Assembly (NCBI GenBank): GCA_965226795.1
Contig: CBDDDZ010000002.1
Coordinates: 192,001-256,000, forward strand
Direction of reading: 5' to 3'
Origin: Candidatus Latescibacterota bacterium
GTDB taxonomy: Bacteria > Latescibacterota > UBA2968 > GCA-2709665
DNA: 64,000 nucleotides
Positions within the stretch are counted from its first letter, which is position 1; every line of letters begins with the position of its first letter. Of the stretch, positions 1-9,733 are shown one piece after another. A program made the translations under genes and the position numbers. The notes below the pieces were generated by a model, which was not told where the DNA came from, did not search any database, and was given only the letters and a program-made list of their open reading frames with translations.

Positions 1-1850
1 TCGGGCTGGGCGGATGACGACGACTATCTGCTGCTTTGCGGAATTTCGGGGGGATCCCATTCCTACCAGGACGGAAACTGCATTGTGCGGTATACCGGCC
101 GTGGGCGGAACTGGTTCGGGGGGCGCGTGGGTCCGGCGTCGGTAAGGGATCACAACGGGGTGAGTATCGCGGTTGACGGTGCGGGGCCTGGCTGTGAATC
201 CCGGTATGCGGCGCTGCGATACCTCGAGGAAGGAGAACGCCTGTGCGTGGCGGGCACGTCGATGAAGTCTCCCGGCCAGGCGGACTGGTATCGCCATATC
301 GTGCATGGCAAAGCGGGATGGTTTCTGGTCATCGACGAAGTCTGGGCGAAGGCTGATGGCGAGTACCTGGTTGAGGATCGCTGGCACGTTTACGGGGACG
401 TGGAAATGGCGGATGGGGCGCTGCGTGCGGTCCAGGGTGATGCGCGGCTACAGATGCGGCATACGGGAAGCGGGTGTCAGGAACTGATTCCGGTCTCGTC
501 CGCCCTGGCGGAGGAAGGGACGCGGTGGGTGCAGCGCTCGCTGAAAGGACTTCGTTCCGGCGAAGGGGTAAGATTCGCCACCCTGTTCTGGAGCGACGAA
601 ATTGCACATCCCCGGACGTATGCGCTGAATACGGAAGCGTCGGGATACCGGATTGAAGGCGAAGGGTCTGCCGCAACCGTCTCCCTTTCTGCCGAATGTG
701 CCGTGGTCGAGGTAAGGGACGACGCGGCGATCCTTCCCACGAAGGGAACCACCTGGACGCGTCGGACGCCGGCCCGTTCATTGGCGAAGGGGGAGAGGCG
801 AAGCCGGCCTGGCGAGGTTCGTGCGGCGCAGCCGTTACGGCGATGGATGCGTGGGAAGGAGGCTGCTTCGCGGGCGACGATAGCGGAGGCATCACGGCAT
901 TCGACCGTAACGGCGGGATACGATGGAAGCATGCAATTTCGGGAGGGGTCCGAACGGTCCTTGCCCTCCCGGACGGAGGCGTGGTTGCCGGCGGGGAGGC
1001 CGAGGCGGTGCACCGGCTGGACGGGTCGGGCAGGGAGGTGTGGTCGTATCAGCTCGAGTGGCAGCCGATGAACTGGGACTACTGGACGTGGCTGAACTGC
1101 AAGGTGCTGAGCCTGGCGGCCGGAGATATCGACGGGGATGGCAGGCAGGAGATTCTGGCCGGATGCGCGGACCGTCACGTCTACGCGTTCGACGAGGGCG
1201 GCGGTTTGATGTGGCGTTCCGCCTGCCAGTGGGGTCCTCCCACGTGCCTGGCGGTGGCGCGGCTGCGGGACGGGCGCGGCCGGCAAGTGCTGGCCGGTAT
1301 GGCGGACCCGTCGATTCACGGCTGTGTCCGGGTGTTCGAGTCTGACGGAACGTGTACACAGACGCTGTCGCGGCCGGATGTCATGAGTTGGTCCATTCCG
1401 TCGTGGTCGAAGTGTATTCGTGCGGCGGATCTGAACGGGGATGGCCGCGACGAAGTGCTCAGCGGCGTGGATACGAATCACAGGCAGTTGATTGTCTATG
1501 GCGGGGATGGGCAGGTGTTGTGGGATGCGGACGTGGGGGGTGCGGTGCTGTCGGTGGCGGTTGCCGATGGGAGGGTGTATGCGGGCGCTTCGAACGGGTA
1601 CGTGCAGTGTTTCGAGGCAGGTGGGCGGCGGCTGTGGTACCGGTTTCTGGCGGCGCCGGTGGTGGGACTGTCGCCCGGGCGCGAAGGTAAATGTCTTGTC
1701 GCCCTTGGGGATGGGAGGGTAGTGGGTCTGGATGAAAACGGAGAGATAAGCTGGTCGGGTGGAGGAACCGCAGCCACCTCGGCGGCGGCGTGGCCGGACG
1801 GCGGGCTGGTGGTGGGCAAGAGGGACGGAACGGTGGCATGCTTTGTTTAG
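1..1850 (+). pseudogene. 3' part of a heparinase II/III-like + beta-propeller protein; frameshifted paralog of 1888..5181, truncated by the window start
   Basis: Frame 1 from base 1 reads SGWADDDDYLLLCGISGGSHSYQDGNCIVR and is colinear with 3331 onward. At 748-756 it reads ACC ACC TGG where the paralog (4078-4089) reads ACC ACC CTG GAC, so one C is missing. ORFs 85..1071 and 696..1850 are the two halves. This could be a sequencing error. Confidence 0.85.
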
Positions 1851-1887
1851 CATACTGAAAGCCGACAGATAATCGGAGGATTGAGAG

Positions 1888-4800
1888 ATGGCCTTTACCG
1901 ATCCGATCCATGAAACAGATTTGTCTTCTGGCATCTGTGTTGTCTCGCCTTCCACCGAGCCTTATCGCATGGCGGCCGAGCGCCTGAGAACGGTCCTGGA
2001 GGAGGTGCTCCCGTCTACAGTTGACGTTCTGTCGGACGAGGGGGGTGAGATCGGCGGACGCCATGTGATTGCGCTGGGGAATATGATGGACAGCGCGCTT
2101 TTGCGAACGCTATATTTCCGGGCGTACGATCTGACAGACCGCGTGTGGCCGGGGCCCGGAGGGTGGGCGATCCGGACGGCGCCTTGTTCCGTGGAGGGTG
2201 TGGGGCACGTGATTGTGATGGGGGTGAGCCGGGCGGAGGATGTGTCTGAGGCGGCGGACGCACTGGCGGCGGTGATCGAGGCAAATGGACCTGTGTTGCC
2301 CTTTCAGTATCGTGCAAAGCCGGGGAAGTGGGCGGACTTGTATCTGGTACCGGCGCGGGAGCGGCTGGAGGCGGGCGATGCCGATCTGGAGCGAGAGTAT
2401 ACCAGCGGGGCGGGTGACTGGGACTATATGAGCGCTATTGCTACAATTGGTATGCTGGCGGTGCGTACCGGTATGGAGGCGTTGATGGCGATGTTCTGCA
2501 GACAGGTCTGCCATTTCGCCCGCACGCGGTGGTTTGAGCGAGACCTGCCGGACCCGCCGCAGATCCACGGGTTTCTGAGGACGTTGCTGCTGCCGTTTAC
2601 GATCCTGGAGAACCACCCGTGCATTCCGAAAGAACAGCGGGAGGAGACGCTGGAGGCCTTCCTGGGGCTTTACCGGTCCTCGGAGGGCGCCGGAAATACC
2701 GGTTTTTTGAGCCATGTGGGTGTGGATCGGGTGCGGCAGAATCACCAGACCCGGTCGGCACTGGACCTCTTTTACGGGGGCCGCTACTTTCACCAGGTGC
2801 ACGGGCTGGCCGAAGGTCTTGGGTGGATGAAACTGGCGGAGGTGTTTTTTGCTCCTCAGATGACGTCGAACAAGCCGGTGTGTGACTCGTGGGGTCACCA
2901 GTGGACCGCCTCGCTCTTCAACACGGCAGACTATGCGCTGGCTTCGGGGAAGGCGGACTATCTTTCGAGCAAGCCGTACCTGGAGGGTGTGGATCGGGCG
3001 CTGGTTGCGCACAGCAACCTGGAAGGAGGGCCTCGGCAGTATCTGTTGATGGCCTCGGCGGTGACGGGTAACGACGAATATCTGCATTTCTGCGGTGTGT
3101 CGGACGAAGATGCGTTGGCCGAGCGAGCGATAGGAGGACGGGAAGAGCCGCTTCGCACGTGGGTGACGGGGCGAGAGGCGGCAACGCCCGAGAGATTGGG
3201 GCGTGTGGGCGTGGCCCCGCTCTCGCGACTGTTCTACGATTCGCTGGAGGATTTCGGAGGACTCGCCCCCAAGGGCGTGTATCAACGTGACGTGCCGTTC
3301 GAACAGACGTTCGACAAGATCTATTTCCGTTCCGGCTGGACGGATGACGACGACTATCTGCTGCTTTGCGGAATCTCGGGCGGCTCCCATTCCTATCAGG
3401 ACGGAAACTGTATCGTACGGTATACCGGTCGCGGTCGGAACTGGTTCGGGGGGCGCGTGGGTCCGGCGTCGGTACGGGATCACAACGGGGTGAGTATCGC
3501 GGTTGACGGCGCGGGGCCTGGCTGTGAATCCCGGTATGCGGCGCTGCGATACCTCGAGGAAGGAGAACGCCTGTCCGTGGCGGGCACGTCGATGAAGTCT
3601 CCAGGCCAGGCGGACTGGTATCGTCATATCGTGCACGGCAAAGCGGGATGGTTTCTGGTTATCGACGAGGTATGGGCGCAGGCGGAAGGCGAGTACCTGG
3701 TTGAGGGTCGTTGGCACGTTTACGGGGAAGTGGAAATGGCGGATGGGGCGTTGCGTGCGGTCCACGGCAATGCGCGGCTCGAGATGCGGCATACCGGAAG
3801 CGGGTGTCAGGAACTGATTCCGGTCTCGTCCGCCCTGGCGAAGGAGGGGACGCGGTGGGTGCAGCGCTCGCTAGTAACCCTCCGGTCCGGCGAAGGGGTG
3901 AGATTCGCCACCCTGTTCTGGAGCGACGAACAGACGCATCCCCGGATGTATGCCCTGAATCCGGTAGCGTCGGGCTACCGCGTTGAAGGCGAAGGGACTG
4001 CCGCAACCGTCTCCCTTTCCGGCGAGTGTGCCGTGGTCGAGGTAAGGGAGGACGCGGCGATCCTTCCCACGAAGGGAACCACCCTGGACGGATCTGATGC
4101 CGGACCGTTCGTTACCGAACGGGGAGCGGCGAAGCCGGCCTGGCGAGGATCGTGCGGCGCAGCCGTTACGGCGATGGATGCGTGGGAGGAAGGCTGCTTC
4201 GCGGGCGACGATAGTGGAGGCATCACGGCGTTCGACCGCAACGGCGGGATACGATGGAAGCACGCAGTTTCGGGGGGCATCCGAACGATCCTTGCCCTCC
4301 CGGACGGAGGCGTGGTGGCCGGCGGGGAGGCCGAGGCGGTGCATCGGCTGGACGGGTCAGGCAGGGAGGTGTGGTCGTATCAACTCGAGTGGCAGCCGAT
4401 GAACTGGGACTACTGGACGTGGCTGAACTGCAAGGTCCTGAGCCTGGCGGTTGGAGATATCGACGGTGACGGCAGGCAGGAAATTCTGGCCGGATGCGCG
4501 GACCGTCACGTCTACGCGTTCGACGGGGGCGGCGCGTTGATGTGGCGCTCCGCGTGCCAGTGGGGTCCGCCCACGTGCCTGGCGGTGGCGAAGCTGCGGG
4601 ACAGGGAGGACCGACAGGTGCTGGCCGGTATGGCGGATCCGTCGATTCACGGCTGCGTCCGGGTGTTCGAGTCCGACGGGACGTGCACACAGACGCTGTC
4701 GCGGCCCGATATCATGAGCTGGTCGATACCGTCGTGGTCGAAGTGTATTCGCGCGGTGGACCTGAATGGAGATGGCCGCGACGAAGTGCTCAGCGGCGTG

Positions 4801-5181
4801 GACACGAATCACAGGCAGTTGATTGTGTACGGCGGGAAGGGCGAGGTGTTGTGGGATGCGGACGTGGGGGGTGCGGTGCTGTCGGTGGCGGTTGCCGATG
4901 GGAGGGTGTATGCGGGCGCTTCGAACGGGTACGTGCAGTGTTTTGAGAATGATGGCACACGGTTGTGGCGCTGTTTCCTGGCCGCGCCCGTGATTGGTCT
5001 GTCGCCTGGTAGCGGGGGCGAGTGCATTGTGGCCCTTGGGGACGGGAAGGTGGCGGGTCTGGGTGGCAACGGTGAGAAAAGGTGGTCGTGTGAAGGAACC
5101 ACAGCCACAGCGGCGTCGACGTGGCCGGTGGGCGGGCTGTTGGTGGGACGGCGGGACGGATCGGTGGAATGCTTTTTCTAG
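1888..5181 (+). CDS. Large heparinase II/III-like (polysaccharide-lyase-like) protein with C-terminal PQQ-like/FG-GAP beta-propeller, 1097 aa
   Basis: RBS GGAGG upstream. Motifs RQNH, FDKIYFRSGW...YLLL.G...HSYQDGN (heparinase II/III-type strand motif), and C-terminal DIDGDGRQE/DLNGDGRDE repeats with W-containing propeller blades. The function is inferred from motifs. Confidence 0.7.
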   Translation: MAFTDPIHETDLSSGICVVSPSTEPYRMAAERLRTVLEEVLPSTVDVLSDEGGEIGGRHVIALGNMMDSALLRTLYFRAYDLTDRVWPGPGGWAIRTAPCSVEGVGHVIVMGVSRAEDVSEAADALAAVIEANGPVLPFQYRAKPGKWADLYLVPARERLEAGDADLEREYTSGAGDWDYMSAIATIGMLAVRTGMEALMAMFCRQVCHFARTRWFERDLPDPPQIHGFLRTLLLPFTILENHPCIPKEQREETLEAFLGLYRSSEGAGNTGFLSHVGVDRVRQNHQTRSALDLFYGGRYFHQVHGLAEGLGWMKLAEVFFAPQMTSNKPVCDSWGHQWTASLFNTADYALASGKADYLSSKPYLEGVDRALVAHSNLEGGPRQYLLMASAVTGNDEYLHFCGVSDEDALAERAIGGREEPLRTWVTGREAATPERLGRVGVAPLSRLFYDSLEDFGGLAPKGVYQRDVPFEQTFDKIYFRSGWTDDDDYLLLCGISGGSHSYQDGNCIVRYTGRGRNWFGGRVGPASVRDHNGVSIAVDGAGPGCESRYAALRYLEEGERLSVAGTSMKSPGQADWYRHIVHGKAGWFLVIDEVWAQAEGEYLVEGRWHVYGEVEMADGALRAVHGNARLEMRHTGSGCQELIPVSSALAKEGTRWVQRSLVTLRSGEGVRFATLFWSDEQTHPRMYALNPVASGYRVEGEGTAATVSLSGECAVVEVREDAAILPTKGTTLDGSDAGPFVTERGAAKPAWRGSCGAAVTAMDAWEEGCFAGDDSGGITAFDRNGGIRWKHAVSGGIRTILALPDGGVVAGGEAEAVHRLDGSGREVWSYQLEWQPMNWDYWTWLNCKVLSLAVGDIDGDGRQEILAGCADRHVYAFDGGGALMWRSACQWGPPTCLAVAKLRDREDRQVLAGMADPSIHGCVRVFESDGTCTQTLSRPDIMSWSIPSWSKCIRAVDLNGDGRDEVLSGVDTNHRQLIVYGGKGEVLWDADVGGAVLSVAVADGRVYAGASNGYVQCFENDGTRLWRCFLAAPVIGLSPGSGGECIVALGDGKVAGLGGNGEKRWSCEGTTATAASTWPVGGLLVGRRDGSVECFF

Positions 5182-5212
5182 AACTTCGGCTCTGCCGAAA
5201 GGAGCTACCGGG

Positions 5213-5235
5213 AGTGAGGGCATCCTGCCCTCACT
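5213..5235. repeat. REP-like perfect hairpin
   Basis: AGTGAGGGCA-TCC-TGCCCTCACT, an intergenic 10-bp perfect stem. Confidence 0.6.
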
Positions 5236-5367
5236 ATGCCCGCGTCCCATATTCAGCAGGTTGGCCTCAATCTCGAATTTCCATTGACACCGGGGAGCGC
5301 GTCAGACCCAAAAGGCGGCTCGCCGCGGGCCTGAAACGAATCAAAGCGCCATAGGAGGGCGACTGGC

Positions 5368-8300
5368 ATGGTAATCGAACGTCCACGCGCGCTCGTACCG
5401 GAAACACCTCTGCATGCGGGGAAACGGGTCACGGTGGCGGCGCCACGGTCCGAGCACGGCCGAACGGCCGCAAGACGCATCCACCGCGCGCTGCGGGATC
5501 TGAAGGCCCCTGTCGAACTTCTGGATGATCCGGCCGGCGACGTGCTGACGGGGGCGGACGGACCTGTGATCGTCGTCGGAAACCTGGCGGACAGCCGGAG
5601 CGTGCGGGAACTCTACTTTCGCTTCATGTGTGCGACGGATCTGTGGTACCCTGGCCCCGGGGGGTTCGAACTGCGCACGCTGTGCGACCCGTTCGGGACG
5701 GGTCATAATGTCATCCAGGCCGGATACAGCGACGCCGCGGGCGCAAACGCGGCGGCAGAAGCGTTCTGTTCGCGCCTGGACGACCCGATCCCGCACCTGG
5801 CGGCCCTTGAGGTGACGCGGCTGCCGCTCTCGCCCACGGAGACCAGGCAGGTCCGGTCGGAGCCGCTTCTCCCGGCGGCATGGCAGATCGCGAATACGAT
5901 GCAGGGAGATCTGAAGGGTTATCTCTACTATCTGACGGGAGACCCGCAACTCGGAGAGGAATACCGCCGTGCGTGGGAGGCGGTGGTCGAGAGTGGATAC
6001 GAGAAGTCCGAAAAGATCGTCCAGGCGCACCTCTACAGCCTGAGCCGGCTGCAGCCCTGGCGACTGGTTGAGCACATGAACCTGTTCAGCGAGGCGGAAC
6101 GTCTTGCCATTACACGTTTCATCTACGGCTGGGCGGAAAGCAGAGAGGGATGGCATCACGTCGCGCACTGTCCCCGCGTGGTGAGTATGCACGTGCCCAG
6201 GCAGAACCACGAACTCATCCCGGCCCTGGCGCTGGCGTACGCGGCGGCGTATTTCCGGACGTACTTCCCGGAACTTCCCGGTCCGGAGCAGTGGGAGCAG
6301 GCCGCCCGGCGGGCGTATGCTCCCTACGGGCCGTCCTGGAAACCGCTGTGCGACGGACTCTGCCACGGATGGTGGATGTCGCAGCCGGTGATGGTGGAGT
6401 ACGGGCTGAATGACCCGGACCACGGATATTTCGAGCAGGGAGGCGCCAGACAGGCGGCTGACGCGGCGATGGCCGTGGTGAACAACGAGGGATGGCTTCC
6501 GTCGGCTGGAGACAGCGACCTGAAACGGCAGTTTCCCGGTCCCAGCCTGCGGGCGGCGGCGGCCTGGTTCAACGACGGGCGATACCGGTTCGTCCACGAC
6601 CTCGCGCCGCCCGACCGACGGCTGGTCAGCCTGACGTCGCTGCCGCGGGCGTTCGACGCCGGCGTGGTCCCGAGGGTGCCGGATGATCGTACGGGTGTGA
6701 CCGTTGTGCCGGTGGACCCGCTTCTGTACCATGCGTGGGAACGGGATCCGCATGGCGCGCCGGGAGTTGTGACCACGTCCCCATCCGCACCGATTGACCG
6801 GTGTTTCGACAAGCTCTCCGTGCGTACCGGCTGGGAGCCGGAGAAGGATTTTCTTCTGATCGACGGCCTGGGCGGCGGCAGCCACTCGTACGACGACGCG
6901 GGCGGCATTCTGGACTACGCCCGGCTGGGTCTCTCGCTGATCGTGCAGGAGGACAGCTTTGTGCACTCCGCGCCCGAACACATGTCGGTCGTGACGGTCG
7001 TGCGGGACGGGGAATCCGGCGAGATCCCTGGATTCGCGATTCTGGAGGCGAACGAAACCGACGCAGAGGGGAACGTGTACCTGCGAATCCGGTTGAAGGA
7101 CTACGCGGGTGCGGACTGGGTACGGGAAGTTCACCTGCGTCCGGGAAGCTGCGTTGTCTTCAACGATACGGTAATTGCCGGCGAGGCGGGCGACTATGCC
7201 GTGGAAGCCCGCTTCAGAACCCCCGCCCGTCTGGTTCTGGAAGGGCGGGAGGCGCGGTGCAAGAGACGGAGCCCGTCAGCCGGGGGCGTGACGTTTCGGA
7301 TCGAAAGCCCCTGCGAGGCCGCTTCGCTGGCGGTAGTGGAAGATCCTGTACATCTGCGGTACAAGAATGCGGAGGACCAGGAACTGTGGAGGGAGCGGTA
7401 CCATACCGACGATGTCGTGCTTTCGACGTTTGTCGCGCGCCGCGCCTTGCGCCTGGAAGCCGGGCAGGGCGTGCGTCTGACCCATGTCGCGCAGGTGTGC
7501 GGTCCGGGAGAAGCCCCGGTCCATCTTCAGGAGACGGGAGACGAGGTCCGCCTCTTGCAGGGCGAAACGTCGCAGCGGCTGGATGTGCTTTCCCTGCGGC
7601 CGCAAGCGGCGGAGCATTTGACTGGTAACGCTCGTTCGGAACTGGTCGGTATCACCCTGGTCTTCGACGCCGTGGATCGGGTCCGTGCAGTGCGCCCGCT
7701 GGCGGATGGATCGGTGGTGGTTGGCGCGGAAAGCGGCGTCGTAACCTTCCTGGATCCGGAAGTGCGGGCGGTCTGGTCCGCAGAGCTCGATGGACCGGTT
7801 TACGATATCGGCTCTGCGGAGGGAGACGAGACGCTTCTTGCCGTCGGGCATGGTGCGAGCAGGCTGACCGGACTGGATACCCGGGGCCGGCGGACCTGGC
7901 AGACGGACATCGAGCGGGAGCCCTGCCCGTGGCCATGGTGGGAACTGCCGACCCCGGCCCCTGTACAGGTGGAGGGCAGTATCTTCGAGGGGGCGGCCTT
8001 CTTTGCCGTGGGCTGCGGGGACATCCAGATCCGGGGTTTCGACGGTGCGGGCAGGGAGTTGTGGCGACAGCGCTACAACGAGGGCGTGCCCGGGCGTATC
8101 CGTGTGGCGGACGTGAACGGGTGCGGCGAACCGGAGATCGTCGCCGGGGGCGAGGTGCTCAGCGACACGTCCAAATGCCGCGTCCTGGATCCGCGCGGCA
8201 ATTTTCAGGCTCACCTTGACGTGGAGGGGTGGACGAGTATCCTGACGGCGCTGGCGTTTGACGCAACCGACGGGCGGCATTTAATCGGCTGCGGCGCAAA

Positions 8301-8691
8301 CCGGGGCCGGAACCTGCACGTGTTCGAACTGGATGAGGGAGGGGAATGGAAAAGGCGCTGGATGAAGCGGCTGGGCGGGAGGGTCACCGGCATCCGGTTT
8401 GCCGGGTCCGAGCGCCGCGTGATCGCAGGTACGAGCCAGGGATTCCTGCTCTGTTACGATCCGGACGGGAATCCGATCTGGCACCGGCTCTTCGAGCAGG
8501 GCATCCGGCACCTGGCGCCGTTGGGTAACGAGACACTTGTGATTGACAATCAGGGGAAACTCAGCACGGTCTTCGCGACGGGGAACGGTCGAACACTGGG
8601 CCGGATGCCGGGGCCCTGTTCCATCGCGGAGACTGACGGCGCGGGGGTACTCGTGGCGTGCGGGCGCGAAGTCTGGCGCGTTGAACCCTAG
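5368..8691 (+). CDS. Heparinase II/III-like + beta-propeller paralog, 1107 aa
   Basis: RBS AGGAGG. Same architecture as 1888..5181: GNLADS N-terminal domain, RQNH, FDKLSVRTGW...FLLIDG...HSYDD, C-terminal propeller with DVNGCGEPE. Confidence 0.7.
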   Translation: MVIERPRALVPETPLHAGKRVTVAAPRSEHGRTAARRIHRALRDLKAPVELLDDPAGDVLTGADGPVIVVGNLADSRSVRELYFRFMCATDLWYPGPGGFELRTLCDPFGTGHNVIQAGYSDAAGANAAAEAFCSRLDDPIPHLAALEVTRLPLSPTETRQVRSEPLLPAAWQIANTMQGDLKGYLYYLTGDPQLGEEYRRAWEAVVESGYEKSEKIVQAHLYSLSRLQPWRLVEHMNLFSEAERLAITRFIYGWAESREGWHHVAHCPRVVSMHVPRQNHELIPALALAYAAAYFRTYFPELPGPEQWEQAARRAYAPYGPSWKPLCDGLCHGWWMSQPVMVEYGLNDPDHGYFEQGGARQAADAAMAVVNNEGWLPSAGDSDLKRQFPGPSLRAAAAWFNDGRYRFVHDLAPPDRRLVSLTSLPRAFDAGVVPRVPDDRTGVTVVPVDPLLYHAWERDPHGAPGVVTTSPSAPIDRCFDKLSVRTGWEPEKDFLLIDGLGGGSHSYDDAGGILDYARLGLSLIVQEDSFVHSAPEHMSVVTVVRDGESGEIPGFAILEANETDAEGNVYLRIRLKDYAGADWVREVHLRPGSCVVFNDTVIAGEAGDYAVEARFRTPARLVLEGREARCKRRSPSAGGVTFRIESPCEAASLAVVEDPVHLRYKNAEDQELWRERYHTDDVVLSTFVARRALRLEAGQGVRLTHVAQVCGPGEAPVHLQETGDEVRLLQGETSQRLDVLSLRPQAAEHLTGNARSELVGITLVFDAVDRVRAVRPLADGSVVVGAESGVVTFLDPEVRAVWSAELDGPVYDIGSAEGDETLLAVGHGASRLTGLDTRGRRTWQTDIEREPCPWPWWELPTPAPVQVEGSIFEGAAFFAVGCGDIQIRGFDGAGRELWRQRYNEGVPGRIRVADVNGCGEPEIVAGGEVLSDTSKCRVLDPRGNFQAHLDVEGWTSILTALAFDATDGRHLIGCGANRGRNLHVFELDEGGEWKRRWMKRLGGRVTGIRFAGSERRVIAGTSQGFLLCYDPDGNPIWHRLFEQGIRHLAPLGNETLVIDNQGKLSTVFATGNGRTLGRMPGPCSIAETDGAGVLVACGREVWRVEP

Positions 8692-8817
8692 TTCCGTTCT
8701 CTATGGCGGCACGGACGCGGGCACGGTGAATCCATCCAGGCCGCCGAACTCGCGACCGCGCGCGGGATCTCCCGAGCCAATTCCAGAGCAATTTCGGCTC
8801 ATTTCACGGAGGGACGT

Positions 8818-9678
8818 ATGGACGCCTATGAGCGATATCATTTCGACGTAAACGGTTATATCGTGATTGAGGATATTCTGACAACCGACGAGGTGGCGGC
8901 GTTGAATGAGGCGATCGACCACAACCCGGACCACGTCCATATCCGGGCGGGAGAGGCGTTGCTGTCCGGTGCCGCCAAACAGCACGGGGGCAAGGCCGCG
9001 CCGTTGTTGAAGGGCACACACGGTCGCGGGGATATCATGGACGTTCTGAACTGGCCCAAACCCTGGTGCCAGCCCTTCCGGGACCTGCTGACGCATCCCC
9101 GGACGATGCGATATATGCTTGAGTTGATCGGCGACGGGTTTCGTTACGGAAATGCGAATGGGATCAGCATGACGGCCGGCGCCGAGGGTTTTCTGTTTCA
9201 CGGCGGCGGTACGCCGAGGGGTCCGTATTATTACCAATTTCAGGACGGGCGGATGTGGAACGGGCTGATGGCGGTCTGTTACCAGTTGACGGATATCGGT
9301 CCGAGCGACGGTGGATTCGCGTGCATTCCCGGCAGCCACAGGGCGAACTACCCGTGTCCGGCGGATGTTCGCCGCCTGGATATCCACCCGGAGTGGTTCA
9401 GACATCTTCCGATGAAGGCCGGTTCGGCGTTGATTTTCACCGAGTCGCTCACCCACGGTACGTTCCCATGGAAGGCGTCCCACGAGCGCAGAACGTTGCT
9501 GTACCGATACGGGGCGGGGGATATGGTCTTCGGATCCGGGCCCGGCATCCACCCTGCGGGCTACGATTCGTTCAAGGATGAGTTGACGCCATTGCAGCGC
9601 GCTGTGATGGAGCCGCCTTACGCCAGCAGGCGGCCCAGCCTCGTGCCGCTAATGGAAGAAGAGGAAGCACGCCGGTAA
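8818..9678 (+). CDS. Phytanoyl-CoA dioxygenase (PhyH)-family Fe(II)/2-oxoglutarate enzyme, HxG variant
   Basis: F..NGYIVIEDIL N-terminus, GGFACIPGSH, LTHG distal His and ERRTLLYRY. The proximal motif is H128-G-G rather than HxD. Confidence 0.85.
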   Translation: MDAYERYHFDVNGYIVIEDILTTDEVAALNEAIDHNPDHVHIRAGEALLSGAAKQHGGKAAPLLKGTHGRGDIMDVLNWPKPWCQPFRDLLTHPRTMRYMLELIGDGFRYGNANGISMTAGAEGFLFHGGGTPRGPYYYQFQDGRMWNGLMAVCYQLTDIGPSDGGFACIPGSHRANYPCPADVRRLDIHPEWFRHLPMKAGSALIFTESLTHGTFPWKASHERRTLLYRYGAGDMVFGSGPGIHPAGYDSFKDELTPLQRAVMEPPYASRRPSLVPLMEEEEARR

Positions 9679-9733
9679 GGCGCGCCCGCCGGAGAGGCCT
9701 GATGCGCTCATCCGATAATTCGGAGAGGTACGT

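Noticed and set aside
1..5181. Paralog pairs as template/variable repeats of a diversity-generating retroelement
   Set aside because: Differences are not adenine-specific, whole genes are duplicated, and no reverse transcriptase is present.
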